64,000 nucleotides of DNA, from assembly GCA_965228855.1 (NCBI GenBank), contig CBDDIJ010000003.1:1696001-1760000 (forward strand), read 5' to 3'. A model generated the notes under the pieces. It was not told the origin of the DNA. It saw only the letters and a list, made by a program, of their open reading frames with translations, and did not search any database. Both the position numbers and the translations under genes were made by a program. The DNA is from Candidatus Obscuribacterales bacterium. GTDB lineage: Bacteria; Cyanobacteriota; Vampirovibrionia; Obscuribacterales; Obscuribacteraceae. Shown here piece by piece: positions 20,488 to 31,300 of the stretch (its first letter is position 1; each line of letters opens with the position of its first letter).

Positions 20488-20973
20488 ATGACTGAATCCG
20501 TATCGAGACGCAAACGGGAACTCCAATTTCCCGATCCGAATTTCCGTGAAAAGATTAAAAACAGCTTCGCCGTACAGGGGTTCATGCAGGCTCACAATGG
20601 AGAACTTGTTTCCGTAGAGCCAGGATTCGTTGAAGTTCACATACCATTCGGTAAGGCGTTGGCTCAACAACACGGATTTTTCCACGGCGGCATCATTGCG
20701 ACTGCAGCTGACTCAGCTTCCGGTTTTGCGTCGTACACAGTCACCGAGCCAGATGAGGAGTGTCTCTCCGCAGAATTCAAAATTAACTTTCTAAGTCCAG
20801 GCAAGGGCGAAAAGCTTATCTCACGCGGTCGAGTCATTAGAGCGGGTAGAACTCTGATCATCACAGAAGCGTCGGTCTCCGTTCTACGCGATGGCGAGGA
20901 GATTGAGTGCGCGCTTATGTTGCATACTCTTTCGCGCACGAAACAAGTACGGAGCATTTCAAAAATCGAGTAG
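20488..20973 (+). CDS. PaaI-family thioesterase
   Basis: QQHGFFHGGIIATAADSA and EFKINFLSP. ATG at 20488 with GAGGA RBS. Confidence 0.9.
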   Translation: MTESVSRRKRELQFPDPNFREKIKNSFAVQGFMQAHNGELVSVEPGFVEVHIPFGKALAQQHGFFHGGIIATAADSASGFASYTVTEPDEECLSAEFKINFLSPGKGEKLISRGRVIRAGRTLIITEASVSVLRDGEEIECALMLHTLSRTKQVRSISKIE

Positions 20974-21176
20974 CTTTGACACCACTTGCAGTACCATCGT
21001 TTAATTGTGCTCATGAGCCGGTGCCGCTTACCTCCGCGAAAGCGCAAGCTTCCTTGACAATATACAAGTCGACAGAAGAATCGTTTAATCGCTTTTTTGC
21101 AGACTACATATGCAGGGTTATTACTCGATCGTACTGCGCAACCTGATATATACTGGCTTTTGACAGTAAATTTGCG

Positions 21177-22277
21177 ATGCCACGTTTGAACAAGTCCGTC
21201 AACATTGTTTTAGTCGAAGACGACGCGTCATTCTGCACCGCGGTAAAGGCGGCTCTGTCCCAATATAGTGAGTATGCGATCAACAGCACATCGAGCCTAT
21301 CGGAGGCTTTGCGGTTGATTGTTGAACTCAACTCGGCACATAGAGAGCCCAGTAGCAATGTAGTCGTTTTGCTGGATTTAAATTTGCCGGATAGTAGCGG
21401 ACTCTCGACATTCACTACGTTGAAGGAGCACTGTGCAGGTGTCCCTGTTATCATTCTCAGTGGGAGAGACGACGAGAAGCTCGCGCTGCAGGCCATCGAA
21501 CTTGGTGTTCAAGACTATTTAGTAAAAGGCGATATCACAAGTCGTGATCTTGCGCGTTCCATCACTTACGCAATGGAAAGGTCAAAGCTGTTAGCGGATC
21601 GAGAAGATTTTATAGCTACCCTAACTCACGACTTGAAAGGTCCACTGTTCGGAGCTAATAGAATTCTGGCTCTGGTCGCGGACGGGAAGTTTGGACCAAT
21701 CCAAGATGACCAGAAGGAACTACTGAGCAGATTACAGCTAAGCAATGTTCGTTTGCTGGAGATGATAACAAACTTGCTAGAAGTGTATCGCTTTGAGAAT
21801 AACCCGGGTTCATTAGAATTATCCAGAGTACGCCTCTTAGAAATTGCCAGAGCCTGTGTCGACGATCAAATTCCAATCGCGGAAGACAAGGATATTGAGC
21901 TTGTTCTGGATGCTGAACCTGCATCAAGTTATCTGGTGAATGCAGAAGCTTTTTCGATTGCGCGAGTGATACGAAATCTGCTCGATAATGCAATCAAATA
22001 TACGCCGAGACATGGAACAGTTTCACTTCAGTTGAGAGAGAGCAACGGCACCGTGTTAGTAGAAATAAGTGATACCGGTCCTGGTGTCGTTGAAGCGGAC
22101 CAACCGTTTCTCTTTCGCAGATTTTTTAGGGGCACCTCAGGTCTCAGATATTCTAGAAGCACCGGTCTCGGTCTTTATTTATGCAAGCAAATTATGCAAA
22201 ATCACGCAGGTAATGTCTCGTACCGTTCTAATCCCGCTGGTGGCAGTATCTTTACCCTGGAGCTTCCTTCGGCATAA
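21177..22277 (+). CDS. Hybrid receiver-histidine kinase
   Basis: Receiver LLDLNLPD, H-box THDLKGPL, NLLDNAIKY and GLGLYLCK. Confidence 0.93.
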   Translation: MPRLNKSVNIVLVEDDASFCTAVKAALSQYSEYAINSTSSLSEALRLIVELNSAHREPSSNVVVLLDLNLPDSSGLSTFTTLKEHCAGVPVIILSGRDDEKLALQAIELGVQDYLVKGDITSRDLARSITYAMERSKLLADREDFIATLTHDLKGPLFGANRILALVADGKFGPIQDDQKELLSRLQLSNVRLLEMITNLLEVYRFENNPGSLELSRVRLLEIARACVDDQIPIAEDKDIELVLDAEPASSYLVNAEAFSIARVIRNLLDNAIKYTPRHGTVSLQLRESNGTVLVEISDTGPGVVEADQPFLFRRFFRGTSGLRYSRSTGLGLYLCKQIMQNHAGNVSYRSNPAGGSIFTLELPSA

Positions 22278-23166
22278 CACAGAAAACGCGCGCGGTGAAA
22301 GCACCAGGAAACATACAACCTTTCAAGATGAATAGCTGAGACTCAAGGAACGTATTTTAATCTTTCTTGCAGTATGTTTGGCATCAGACGAACAGGTGTG
22401 AGTGATGAGACTCACGACGAATGGAGCTCAGAACTTACCTAGAAGATAGTCCTTGACTAACCTTGCAGAGAATGGCTGTCTTCTGGAATAGCTACTTCTC
22501 TTGAGCATGGAGAAGTAATATGCTTCATTCAATACTCAACTTCTCGGGCGGCACTTGTGATCAGAGACCGTTTTCCGGTGCAATATGAAATCGCATACGA
22601 ATAAACTACTGGACATATTCTTGCTCGCCATACTCGCAATCGGATCCGTCTGCGGATTGCGTGACTTAGACTAGGACAAATTTCCAGAAAGAAAAATCTA
22701 TCTAAGCGCGGCTTCGCCATCCGGATGGGATGTAATCATCGAATGCTCCGGCGTTCTGGACGATGTGGTGTCCTTCTCTCACATTCAATTTATCCGCAAA
22801 TCCTTTAACTCCACGCAGAATCACCATCTGTAGTGCGTGAAGTTCCACTCGATCACGATTAAACTCTTGCAGTCGTCATCATTGCGCCACCTGAAGGCTA
22901 CATTGTTTCCGAGCAGTGTTGTCAGATCCGCTTAATCTGAAAGGAAGAGCAAATGTTGGAGCCATGCTGTGAATTTTCCAGGAATTTTCCTGCTCCAGGC
23001 TCTAGCTGAAATCATTGTTGGTATGTCATGGATGGCAACGTTCGCGCTTACCGCAAGAAGTAGACAAACAGGCGCTTGAGCAACACACCCAACCTTTGTT
23101 TATCAACAACAGATCGATTTCACCAACTTACAAAGAAAGAAAGAAAGAGAGAAGGAAGGAAGAACC

Positions 23167-23748
23167 ATGAAAAAAATGAATTCAACACTCCATGGAATTC
23201 TAGACTACGCGGCCGTAGCTATGTGGGAGACAGTCCCGGCTGTAATGAAACTTTCTGCGCCCCATATCGCTTTTATGCGCGCGTTCGGAGGTGCATTTCT
23301 TGGAGTGAACCTGCTAACGAAATATCCACTTTCGATCAAAAAAGTAGTCCCATTTCCTGTTCATGGTGCGGTTGAAACGGGCTCGGCGTTGCTGTTTTTA
23401 GGACTCAGTTGCAATCCTTTGCTGAAGAAGCGAGAAAGGCTATTTTATCTAGCCAGCGGAGTACAACTTGGAGCAATGGTGCTGTTATCAAATTACAAGG
23501 ACAAAGCGACCACGCTTGAGAAGCCTGGATTTGAAAAGGTTTCGGAAAACGCTGAGGCCGCGAAGGTGCATATTCCATCGCTAGAAACACAGCACGATCA
23601 ACAAATTAGAGAAGAGCAAGAGGCAGTGCAAGGCGTAAAACAGGTGATGGAAACGATGGGAGGCGAGTCGAAAATTACAGACGACGAAACCGATGAAGGA
23701 ATGCCGTATAGAAATGTGTCAGAGACGCAGAGCAGCTTCGCACCATAG
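23167..23748 (+). CDS. Hypothetical membrane protein with acidic tail (SPW-repeat-like)
   Basis: HGILDY...LLTKYPLS...VHGAVE hydrophobic segments, acidic C-terminus and a strong RBS. Confidence 0.6.
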   Translation: MKKMNSTLHGILDYAAVAMWETVPAVMKLSAPHIAFMRAFGGAFLGVNLLTKYPLSIKKVVPFPVHGAVETGSALLFLGLSCNPLLKKRERLFYLASGVQLGAMVLLSNYKDKATTLEKPGFEKVSENAEAAKVHIPSLETQHDQQIREEQEAVQGVKQVMETMGGESKITDDETDEGMPYRNVSETQSSFAP

Positions 23749-23850
23749 TCGTGAGCAGTACCTCTGAACGGTAATGGCACTTACCTGAAGGTCTGTTTCA
23801 CGGTCGCAGAATCAAATGCTACCCATAAGGTAAGAGCACGAGGAGACAAT

Positions 23851-24897
23851 TTGATGCGTCACTTTTTTTTGATTGGAATTACTTTGGGCATCGTAAATAC
23901 CGTAGCTTTATCCGGGTTTCCAGCCTTTGCTCAAGCGGCGACCACTTCGACCGCCTCAAACGAAGCTGCAGCAGAGCGAAGTAACAAAGACGATTCCGAG
24001 ACATCAATGACTTCGGAATCGAAGCAGACGCAAGCAAATTCCTCAGAAGAAATGGACGAAACATCTGCGACGAAGGTAAGCGCCGATTCTCGTTCGGATG
24101 AGAAAGCGAACTCAAATGCTGATGATACCTTGAAGATAACGTCAGGCAAGAAATCGACAGCAAAAAACTTAGAAGGTCATGCTCATGAAGAGAAAGTGGA
24201 GCATGCGGCGAAAAAGCAAGAGAAAGCAGACCAGGCGATGGTCAATGCAGCAAATAAGATTGAAGGTGTTGAAATTGATCCTGATATCTTTAAGGCAGAG
24301 AAAAAAGGTTTTACGCTCGGCAAGCTCAACCCGACCAGATGGATATTCAAACCGATTACGGATATCGGCAAACAGGTTGTTCATCTAGAGAAGGAAATCA
24401 TGCGCCTCCAGGCGCCTATTGCAAGTTTGCACAAGCCAATGGGCGAACTTCGCGACGACATGACCAAAGTAAAATCGGAAATGAATGCTCTTCAAACCGA
24501 CATAAGCGGAGTCGGCGGTGCGATGGGAGACGTAGACGGAAGACTTGCGCGCATCGAAAGTCAGCTGGACAAGATGTACGAGCCGGTGGTCACTTTGAAA
24601 GACCCTGTTGTTGCCCTGAAGGAGCCGGTTGTAGGCGTCAACCAGGAGATGACGACTTTAAAATCCGATTTGAAAGATCTCAAGGATGTTGTCAGTTTGA
24701 CCTCCACCTTAATACTCGTAGCGGTAGTCGCCGTCGGTCTCTTAGTGGTAGTTGGGTTGCCGCTTGGAACTGCTTTGGTTTGGAAACATAGAAGGGCAAT
24801 CGTCAATAAGTTCGAAAAGAAGAAACTGACCAAGTCGACAGATCCAATTAAGGAATCCGAAACGTCAAAACAAGAAGCCCTGGGTGCGCGCCACTAA
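23851..24897 (+). CDS. Secreted coiled-coil protein with C-terminal membrane anchor
   Basis: Signal peptide ending AFA, S/E/T-rich linker, heptads, a C-terminal TM and a basic tail. Confidence 0.7.
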   Translation: MMRHFFLIGITLGIVNTVALSGFPAFAQAATTSTASNEAAAERSNKDDSETSMTSESKQTQANSSEEMDETSATKVSADSRSDEKANSNADDTLKITSGKKSTAKNLEGHAHEEKVEHAAKKQEKADQAMVNAANKIEGVEIDPDIFKAEKKGFTLGKLNPTRWIFKPITDIGKQVVHLEKEIMRLQAPIASLHKPMGELRDDMTKVKSEMNALQTDISGVGGAMGDVDGRLARIESQLDKMYEPVVTLKDPVVALKEPVVGVNQEMTTLKSDLKDLKDVVSLTSTLILVAVVAVGLLVVVGLPLGTALVWKHRRAIVNKFEKKKLTKSTDPIKESETSKQEALGARH

Positions 24898-25017
24898 GTG
24901 TGGTGCGCCACTCGCGTAGAAACCCGTTGGGATGGTGCATTGGTAGTGAAGGCTTAGCACGATTCGCTGCTGATACACAATGCGAAATATTCACAGTGAC
25001 ACATAGGGGGTTGAACC

Positions 25018-26199
25018 ATGAAGGCGACGACATGGCACGGGAAAAGGGACATCCGCGTTGAGGAGGTGCCCGAACCGAACATAGTTTTACCTACCGACGT
25101 AATTATCGAGGTTACAGCTTCGGCGATTTGTGGGTCAGACTTACATATTTACGACGGCTTAGTTCCTACGATGGAGAAGGGTGACATTCTAGGTCACGAA
25201 TTTGTGGGCAAGGTAGTTGAAGTCGGCAGCGCTGTGCAACGGCTCAAGGTTGGAGACCGAATTGTCGTGCCGTTCACAATTGCTTGCGGAAATTGTGTTT
25301 TCTGCAAAGAGGGGAAGACAGCGCTTTGTATCGCAAGCAATCCTGAGTATGAGAAACAGAAAAAAATTATAGGATATCGCACCAGTGGATTGTTCGGATA
25401 CTCTCACATGTACGGCGGTTATGCAGGCGGACAGGCACAAATGGCCCGCGTCCCGTTTGGCGATGTCGGCGGGCTAGTCGTTCCTGAAGAATTGTCCGAC
25501 GAACAAATTCTCTTTTTGACCGATATCTTCCCGACAGGATATATGGCTGCAGAAAATTGCAACATACAGCCCGGTCAAACCGTAGCGATCTGGGGTTGTG
25601 GTCCGGTTGGGCAGTTCGCGATACGAAGTGCTTTCCTCCTCGGCGCGACACAGGTGATTGCGATCGATCGTTTTCCCGAACGTCTGGCAATGGCGCAAAG
25701 CGCAGGAGCTATTCCACTGGATTACACGCAAGTCAACATACTTGATGCGGTAAAGGATTTAACCGGCGGTCTAGGTCCGCATGCTTGCATCGATGCTGTG
25801 GGAATGGAAGCGCATGGAACAACAATTGACGCCAAGCTAGACCAGGTCATGCAAGCGGTTAAGTTGGAAACGGATCGTCCGCATGTTCTTCGAGAAATTT
25901 TTCAGGTGTGCAGAAATGGTGGAGTGGTCTCCGTCCCCGGAGTGTATGTAGGCATACTGCAAAACTTCCCTTTTGGCGTTGCCTTTGCAAAAGGTTTGAG
26001 TATTAAGATGGGTCAGACCCATGTTCATCCATACCTCGAGCCACTTTTGAAGCTGATTCAAGACGGTAAGATTGATCCAACGTTCGTGATCTCGCATCGA
26101 ATTACAATGGACGAAATTCCTGACGCATATCAGACCTTCGTCAAGAAAGAAGATAACGCGATCAAATACGTAATCTCGCCGAATTCGAAAGCCGCCTAG
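25018..26199 (+). CDS. Zn-dependent alcohol/formaldehyde dehydrogenase (MDR, YbdR/FDH-like)
   Basis: ICGSDLH, GHEFVG, CGNCVFC...C, TDIFPTG and GCGPVG. Confidence 0.92.
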   Translation: MKATTWHGKRDIRVEEVPEPNIVLPTDVIIEVTASAICGSDLHIYDGLVPTMEKGDILGHEFVGKVVEVGSAVQRLKVGDRIVVPFTIACGNCVFCKEGKTALCIASNPEYEKQKKIIGYRTSGLFGYSHMYGGYAGGQAQMARVPFGDVGGLVVPEELSDEQILFLTDIFPTGYMAAENCNIQPGQTVAIWGCGPVGQFAIRSAFLLGATQVIAIDRFPERLAMAQSAGAIPLDYTQVNILDAVKDLTGGLGPHACIDAVGMEAHGTTIDAKLDQVMQAVKLETDRPHVLREIFQVCRNGGVVSVPGVYVGILQNFPFGVAFAKGLSIKMGQTHVHPYLEPLLKLIQDGKIDPTFVISHRITMDEIPDAYQTFVKKEDNAIKYVISPNSKAA

Positions 26200-26713
26200 A
26201 CAACAGTTCGGCACGGTTAACACCATGAAGCACAGTAACTGACACTGAGTCGGCTTTTTCACGCATCGCCCTAATGAGAAAGCCAGGCGACGAAGTGCGA
26301 GCAATCGAAAGAGAATCAACGAATCTAAACATTCAACTAACACGATTCACCAACAGTCCAAACTTTTGGTACTCTTTGATCAGAGAGTCAAGTTCGCGCC
26401 GCATGGCGATCATCGTCGCGGATTTGATGTTATACAACAAACTTTCATCTAATAAAACAAAACGACATCTCAGCGGCTGGAGTTGTCCCAATATGCAAAA
26501 TGTCTTTCGATAGACCGCGTCCGTGCGGTTGACGATTGCAGGTTGTTATCGCACCAATTAGCGACGACCTACTTGCAAACGTTAGTACGGCAGACCATTT
26601 TCTCGCGCGGCTATTTTTCGGAAGAATCTAATTGGGTATGAATCACAACTCAGTGCGAATCGAAGCGATGTATCGCGGACTATGCTTTTGATTTGCTTGA
26701 TTGAGGGGACGTA

Positions 26714-27214
26714 ATGGACTCTACAGAAACTTATCGACAATCACAAGCACTAAACACACTGCCGGCCGAGTGGGAATCGCTCGGTCTCATGATCCGAATT
26801 GTCTCTGCTCGATGGATGCTCGCGATAATTCATCAATTAGCCGGAGGAGCTAAACGGCCATCCTACTTTTACAAAATCTTTCCGAACCTGAGCGCAAAAA
26901 CTTTGACCGTGCGATTGCGCGAACTGGAAGAATTCCAACTAGTCAGACGCGAAGCAATTTATCAGAAGAGATTAAAGGTGGAGTATGAGCTGACAGAAAA
27001 GGGTCAAGACCTTTTCGCCCTACTTCAATCTTTAGTCGAGTTCGGCAAGGAACTCAATTCGGATACAGGTTCAGAGCAGCTACAAGAGAGTGCAGCCATA
27101 TCAGAAGAGAAGATTCAGTCCGAATCTAGCGCGCACAAATTCGATCAGACATCGGAGACATCCATTGACTCTTTTGATATTCCTGGATACAAAGGTCCAG
27201 AGCAATTAAATTAG
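26714..27214 (+). CDS. HxlR-family winged-helix regulator
   Basis: RWMLAII, LSAKTLTVRLRELEE and VEYELTEKG. Confidence 0.88.
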   Translation: MDSTETYRQSQALNTLPAEWESLGLMIRIVSARWMLAIIHQLAGGAKRPSYFYKIFPNLSAKTLTVRLRELEEFQLVRREAIYQKRLKVEYELTEKGQDLFALLQSLVEFGKELNSDTGSEQLQESAAISEEKIQSESSAHKFDQTSETSIDSFDIPGYKGPEQLN

Positions 27215-27328
27215 TGGAGCGAAGGTGAGCCACTTACGAAATTGGCTGGTCGCGAACCTCAAAGATTGTCTGCAAATCAGCGATTTCCTATGCTACAAGA
27301 GATACAGTGAGATGGTTTGAATCGAAGA

Positions 27329-27356
27329 AAAGGGATGTGCTTTGACACATCCCTTT
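27329..27356. terminator. Hairpin between the convergent HxlR genes
   Basis: AAAGGGATGTG-ctttga-CACATCCCTTT, an 11-bp stem. Confidence 0.65.
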
Positions 27357-27432
27357 CTGCTTCCATTTCTGTTTCGGTGCGTCAAGGCGAATCACCAATC
27401 GCGTTTGAACTTACACACGCGAAAGTGTACGA

Positions 27433-27831
27433 CTACATATTGGCATCATCAAAATTGTTTTCAGTAGCTTTGGATTCCGCCACGCCCCATGAGTAGCCAA
27501 ATTCGACCATACCTTCTATTAGATAAATAAAATCGCGCCCCGTCGGAGTCAAGCTGTACTCGACGCGAGGCGGAATGACTTCAAATGATTCGCGATTCAC
27601 CAGACCGCACTCCTCAAGCTCGCGAAGCCTCAGAGTCAGGGTCTTCGCGCTAATCCTCTCATGTGCTTTATTAATCTCAGAAGGGCGCTTCGGACCTGCG
27701 AGCAACTCATGGAGAATTGCCAGCATCCACCTGGAGGAGATAATTTTGATAATAGGGAACAACCCCTGCCACTTCGGAGGGATAGTGTCTCCGACTGCCG
27801 ATTGTTTCAGAAAACCTTTTTCCGCTTCCAT
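27433..27831 (-). CDS. HxlR-family winged-helix regulator, paralogue of 26714
   Basis: RWMLAIL, ISAKTLTLRLRELEE and PPRVEYSLT. Confidence 0.9.
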   Translation of the reverse strand: MEAEKGFLKQSAVGDTIPPKWQGLFPIIKIISSRWMLAILHELLAGPKRPSEINKAHERISAKTLTLRLRELEECGLVNRESFEVIPPRVEYSLTPTGRDFIYLIEGMVEFGYSWGVAESKATENNFDDANM

Positions 27832-28318
27832 GTTTCTATAGTTTCGACTTCCAACCAGAAAAATATCATATTGAACTGTCGTAAATATACTGGCAGCAAA
27901 GTAAGTGTGAAAACTCAAACAGCTGCAAGAGATAGCTCTTATCGATCTTCGTTTTTACTCGCGTACAAAACACTTTTGCACAGTCCTTATTATCCGCAGC
28001 CACTACCTGCAGTGGCACTCAGCAATTTACTTTGTGCTGGAGACTCGTTAGAAGTGAACAAAGCGTCTTTGCAAAACATATTAAATAGCAGGTTTCTTTC
28101 TGACCACAGCCTGATTGATTTAGTGCGTCTATCAGAAAAAAAATATTGTAGACGCGTATCATCCTTTTGCGGCTTGAATAGTAACGAGGTCCGGACGAGA
28201 ACTTGTTTGCGATCATCTTCTCAACAAACAGAAAAATCTCTGCCTCGAAATCGAAGCAGGAGCAATGTCGTGTGCCAGAGTAGGTTAGCCTTAAAAGGAT
28301 TCGATGAGATTACAGATG

Positions 28319-28345
28319 AAAAACGGTCCCCTCTTGAGGGGACCG
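28319..28345 (-). terminator. Intrinsic terminator of the first Gly-rich giant gene
   Basis: CGGTCCCCT-cttg-AGGGGACCG stem followed by T tract on the minus strand, about 40 bp after the stop. Confidence 0.75.
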
Positions 28346-28386
28346 CATGACCTATCAGTCGGTGATTGAAGAACCTGAAGTTGGCG

Positions 28387-31300
28387 CTATGGCGAGGATG
28401 TGCCGTTTGCGCCGGCTGTTCCTTCCTGCCCGTCGCCTCCACCGGTCAAGCCACCAGTGCCTCCAGTACCACCATTGCCGCCGCTAACGTCAGCGGGATT
28501 GGTGAGGACATTGGATGTGAAGACCCCGCCACCGGCGCCTCCGTTGCCTCCATTTCCACCGTCACCGCCAATAACGGCGGGGTCGCCTCCCTCACCGCCG
28601 GTACCACCAGTGCCGCCATCGCCGCCAAAGGCACTCGCGAAGCTGGTTACTGTCACGGTAGCTTTGGTGCTCAGATTTACGCTACCTCCGTTGCCACCTG
28701 TGCCTCCGGCTCCACCAACGCCTCCAGTTCCACCGGTCCCCGTCGTCGCGTCCCCGGCTTGACCACCGGTGCCGCCTACACCTCCTGCGCCACCAGAAGC
28801 GTTGACGTTGGTAGCATTGATGTTGCCTTTGAATTTGGTGGCTGTTATCGAACCACCTACACCGCCACCACCACCAGTGCCGCCCAGAGCACCAGCGCCA
28901 CCTGTTCCAGAGGTAGCATCACCGCCACGTCCTCCGGTATTACCGGAGCCGCCGAGACCTCCTTGAGCAGATACATCATTAGCATTCAACAGCGCGGCAG
29001 TGAACTTGACCACACCGCCAGCACCACCTACACCAGCTGAGCCACCCTTTGTAGCCGCTCCCCCGGCTCCAGTCGTGCCGGAGCCGCCATCACCGCCGAC
29101 TCCACCTGTGCCACCTGAGCCGCCACCAGCAGTTACAATGTTGACATCAGTTGTACCTTTCTTGCTTGACAGAGTGATGGAACCACCTGCGCCACCGGTG
29201 GTACCGACTCCTGCATCGCCAGCAGCACCGCCTGTGACACCATCGCCGCCGTCGCCACCGGAGCTTCCAGTCGATGCGTCTCCGCCATTGGCGAGGAAAG
29301 AACCAGTCGAAGAGATTGCTCCCTTCTTTGTCACTAGGGAGATAGTTCCTCCGGCACCACCCGACACACTGTTGCTGCCGAGACCGCCGCTACCCCCGGT
29401 ACCAGTGGAACTCGAACCACCATCGCCACCGGAAGCGAACGATGCGCTACCGCCGGCGACGTCGATACCTGTTATAGAGATGTTGTTGGCACTGCTAATT
29501 TGGACTGTGCCACCGCGAGCAGCAGCACCTTCTACTCCGGAAGCGCCGCCGGCTCCCCCGACACCACTGGCAGCATTTCCGCCAGAGCCACCATCGCCCG
29601 CATTCGAGCCTCCTCCGCCCTGGGCCAGGATATTAGCTATCGAGACATCAGGGCTGGTCTTTCCTTTCGTTGAGACGAAGACGAAACCACCCGCACCTTG
29701 CGCGCCGCTTCTTCCGCCAGAGCCACCATCGCCGCCATCACCTGTACCAATAGACACGGTTCCGCCGTTCCCGCCGTCACCACCTGATCCACCGCCGGCT
29801 CCGTAAGCGACGAGCAAATCAGCGGTAACGCTTGATCCGGAAATTGTAATCGTACCTGCAGAGGAAGCGTTTCCACCGTTACCTGCGTTGCCACCATTTC
29901 CGCCATTCTCGTCGCCGGAGCTGTCACCACCTGCGCCACCACTGCCACCATCGGCACCGCTAACAGCTCTCACGACTATAGCGCCGACGTCGACTTGTCC
30001 ACCTGTGATAGTGACGCTACCACTCAAGGGACCAGCGGCGCCCTGTCCTCCGTCGCCTCCAGTCCCGCCGGTTCCTACCAGACTGGTACCGCCATTGCCT
30101 CCATTGCCCGCTCGAGGGGCACCGCTCAACGAAGTCGTAGACAACCCACCCGCTAGCTGAATGCTTGCGCCACCTATGGAGATTGTGCCGCCGTTGCCAC
30201 TAGCCGCGGTATTACCGCCATCGCCACCCCTGGCGCCGGCAGCTGCATTGTTATTATCGCCACCATCGCCTCCGTCGCCTCCGTCACCGGAAAGTCCGCC
30301 GAAGGAGGAAATTGAAGTCAGAAGATCGCCGGTTATTGAGCCGGCTTTGGACGATGTCTGGAGCGAGACTGTCGAACCGCTTCCGCCAGCCCCTGCCGCG
30401 CCGCCGTTACCTCCGACACCAGGCGCACCGGCATTGTCCGTGGTCCCGCCCGTGCCACCGTCTCCTCCATCTCCGCCGAAGCCACCAAGCGATTGGATGG
30501 AGCTTCCGGTTGTGAGAGCGATGGTACCGCTATCAGTTTGCAATGTCACGCTTCTCGAAGAACCTGCCGCTCCACCGGATCCGGCTAAGCCTCCAGCGCC
30601 ACCGGCACCGGATATCGAGCCGCCGCCACTTCCGGCATTACCACCGTTTCCGCCATCACCGCCTAAGGACTCGACACCATTGACAGTTATATTTCCCGTG
30701 CTCGACGTCTGCAAAAACACTATGCCACCAGCAGCACCGAGCCCTGCCAGACCACCGGCACCGCCAACACCACCATTACCAGTGGTGCCAGCTCCTCCGT
30801 CGCCGCCAGCGCCACCGTCTCCACCTTCGCCACCAGCAGTCCTGATGAGGTCACCGACAATCATGTTTCCGCCGTCGGAAACCAATGAAACTATGCCGCC
30901 CGCGGCTCCATTTCCGCCGGCGCCGCCAGCACCGCCGATGCCACCACCGGCTACCAGGTTCGCACCAGCGCTGCCATCACCAGCAGCTCCACCGTCCCCG
31001 CCCAGAGCACTTAACGGCCCGGCCAGACTAATATCACCGGCGGAGTTAAAGGAAATAGTACCTGCAAATCCACCGTTGCCGCCTGCGCCACCGGTGTTTC
31101 CTGCGCCTGTCGACACCGCACCGTCAAATCCATTCCCTCCGTCACCACCATCGGTGCTGATGCTGAAGCCGTTGGCTAGAGAAATTCCACCTGTCGTCGA
31201 CTCTATCGAGATGGCACCACCGTTTCCACCAGCTCCACCTGCATCTCCATCCGCGACGCCGTCAACGCCGTCGCTGCCTTCCGCTTTTATATCACCATCC

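Noticed and set aside
26330..26545. Minus-strand open stretch reading ...LLYNIKSATMIAMRRELDSLIKEYQKFG...
   Set aside because: Protein-like but has no good start or recognisable family, so it cannot be called.
27661..28350. 229-aa plus-strand ORF
   Set aside because: Overlaps the HxlR gene antisense and runs through a terminator, with no protein-like motifs.
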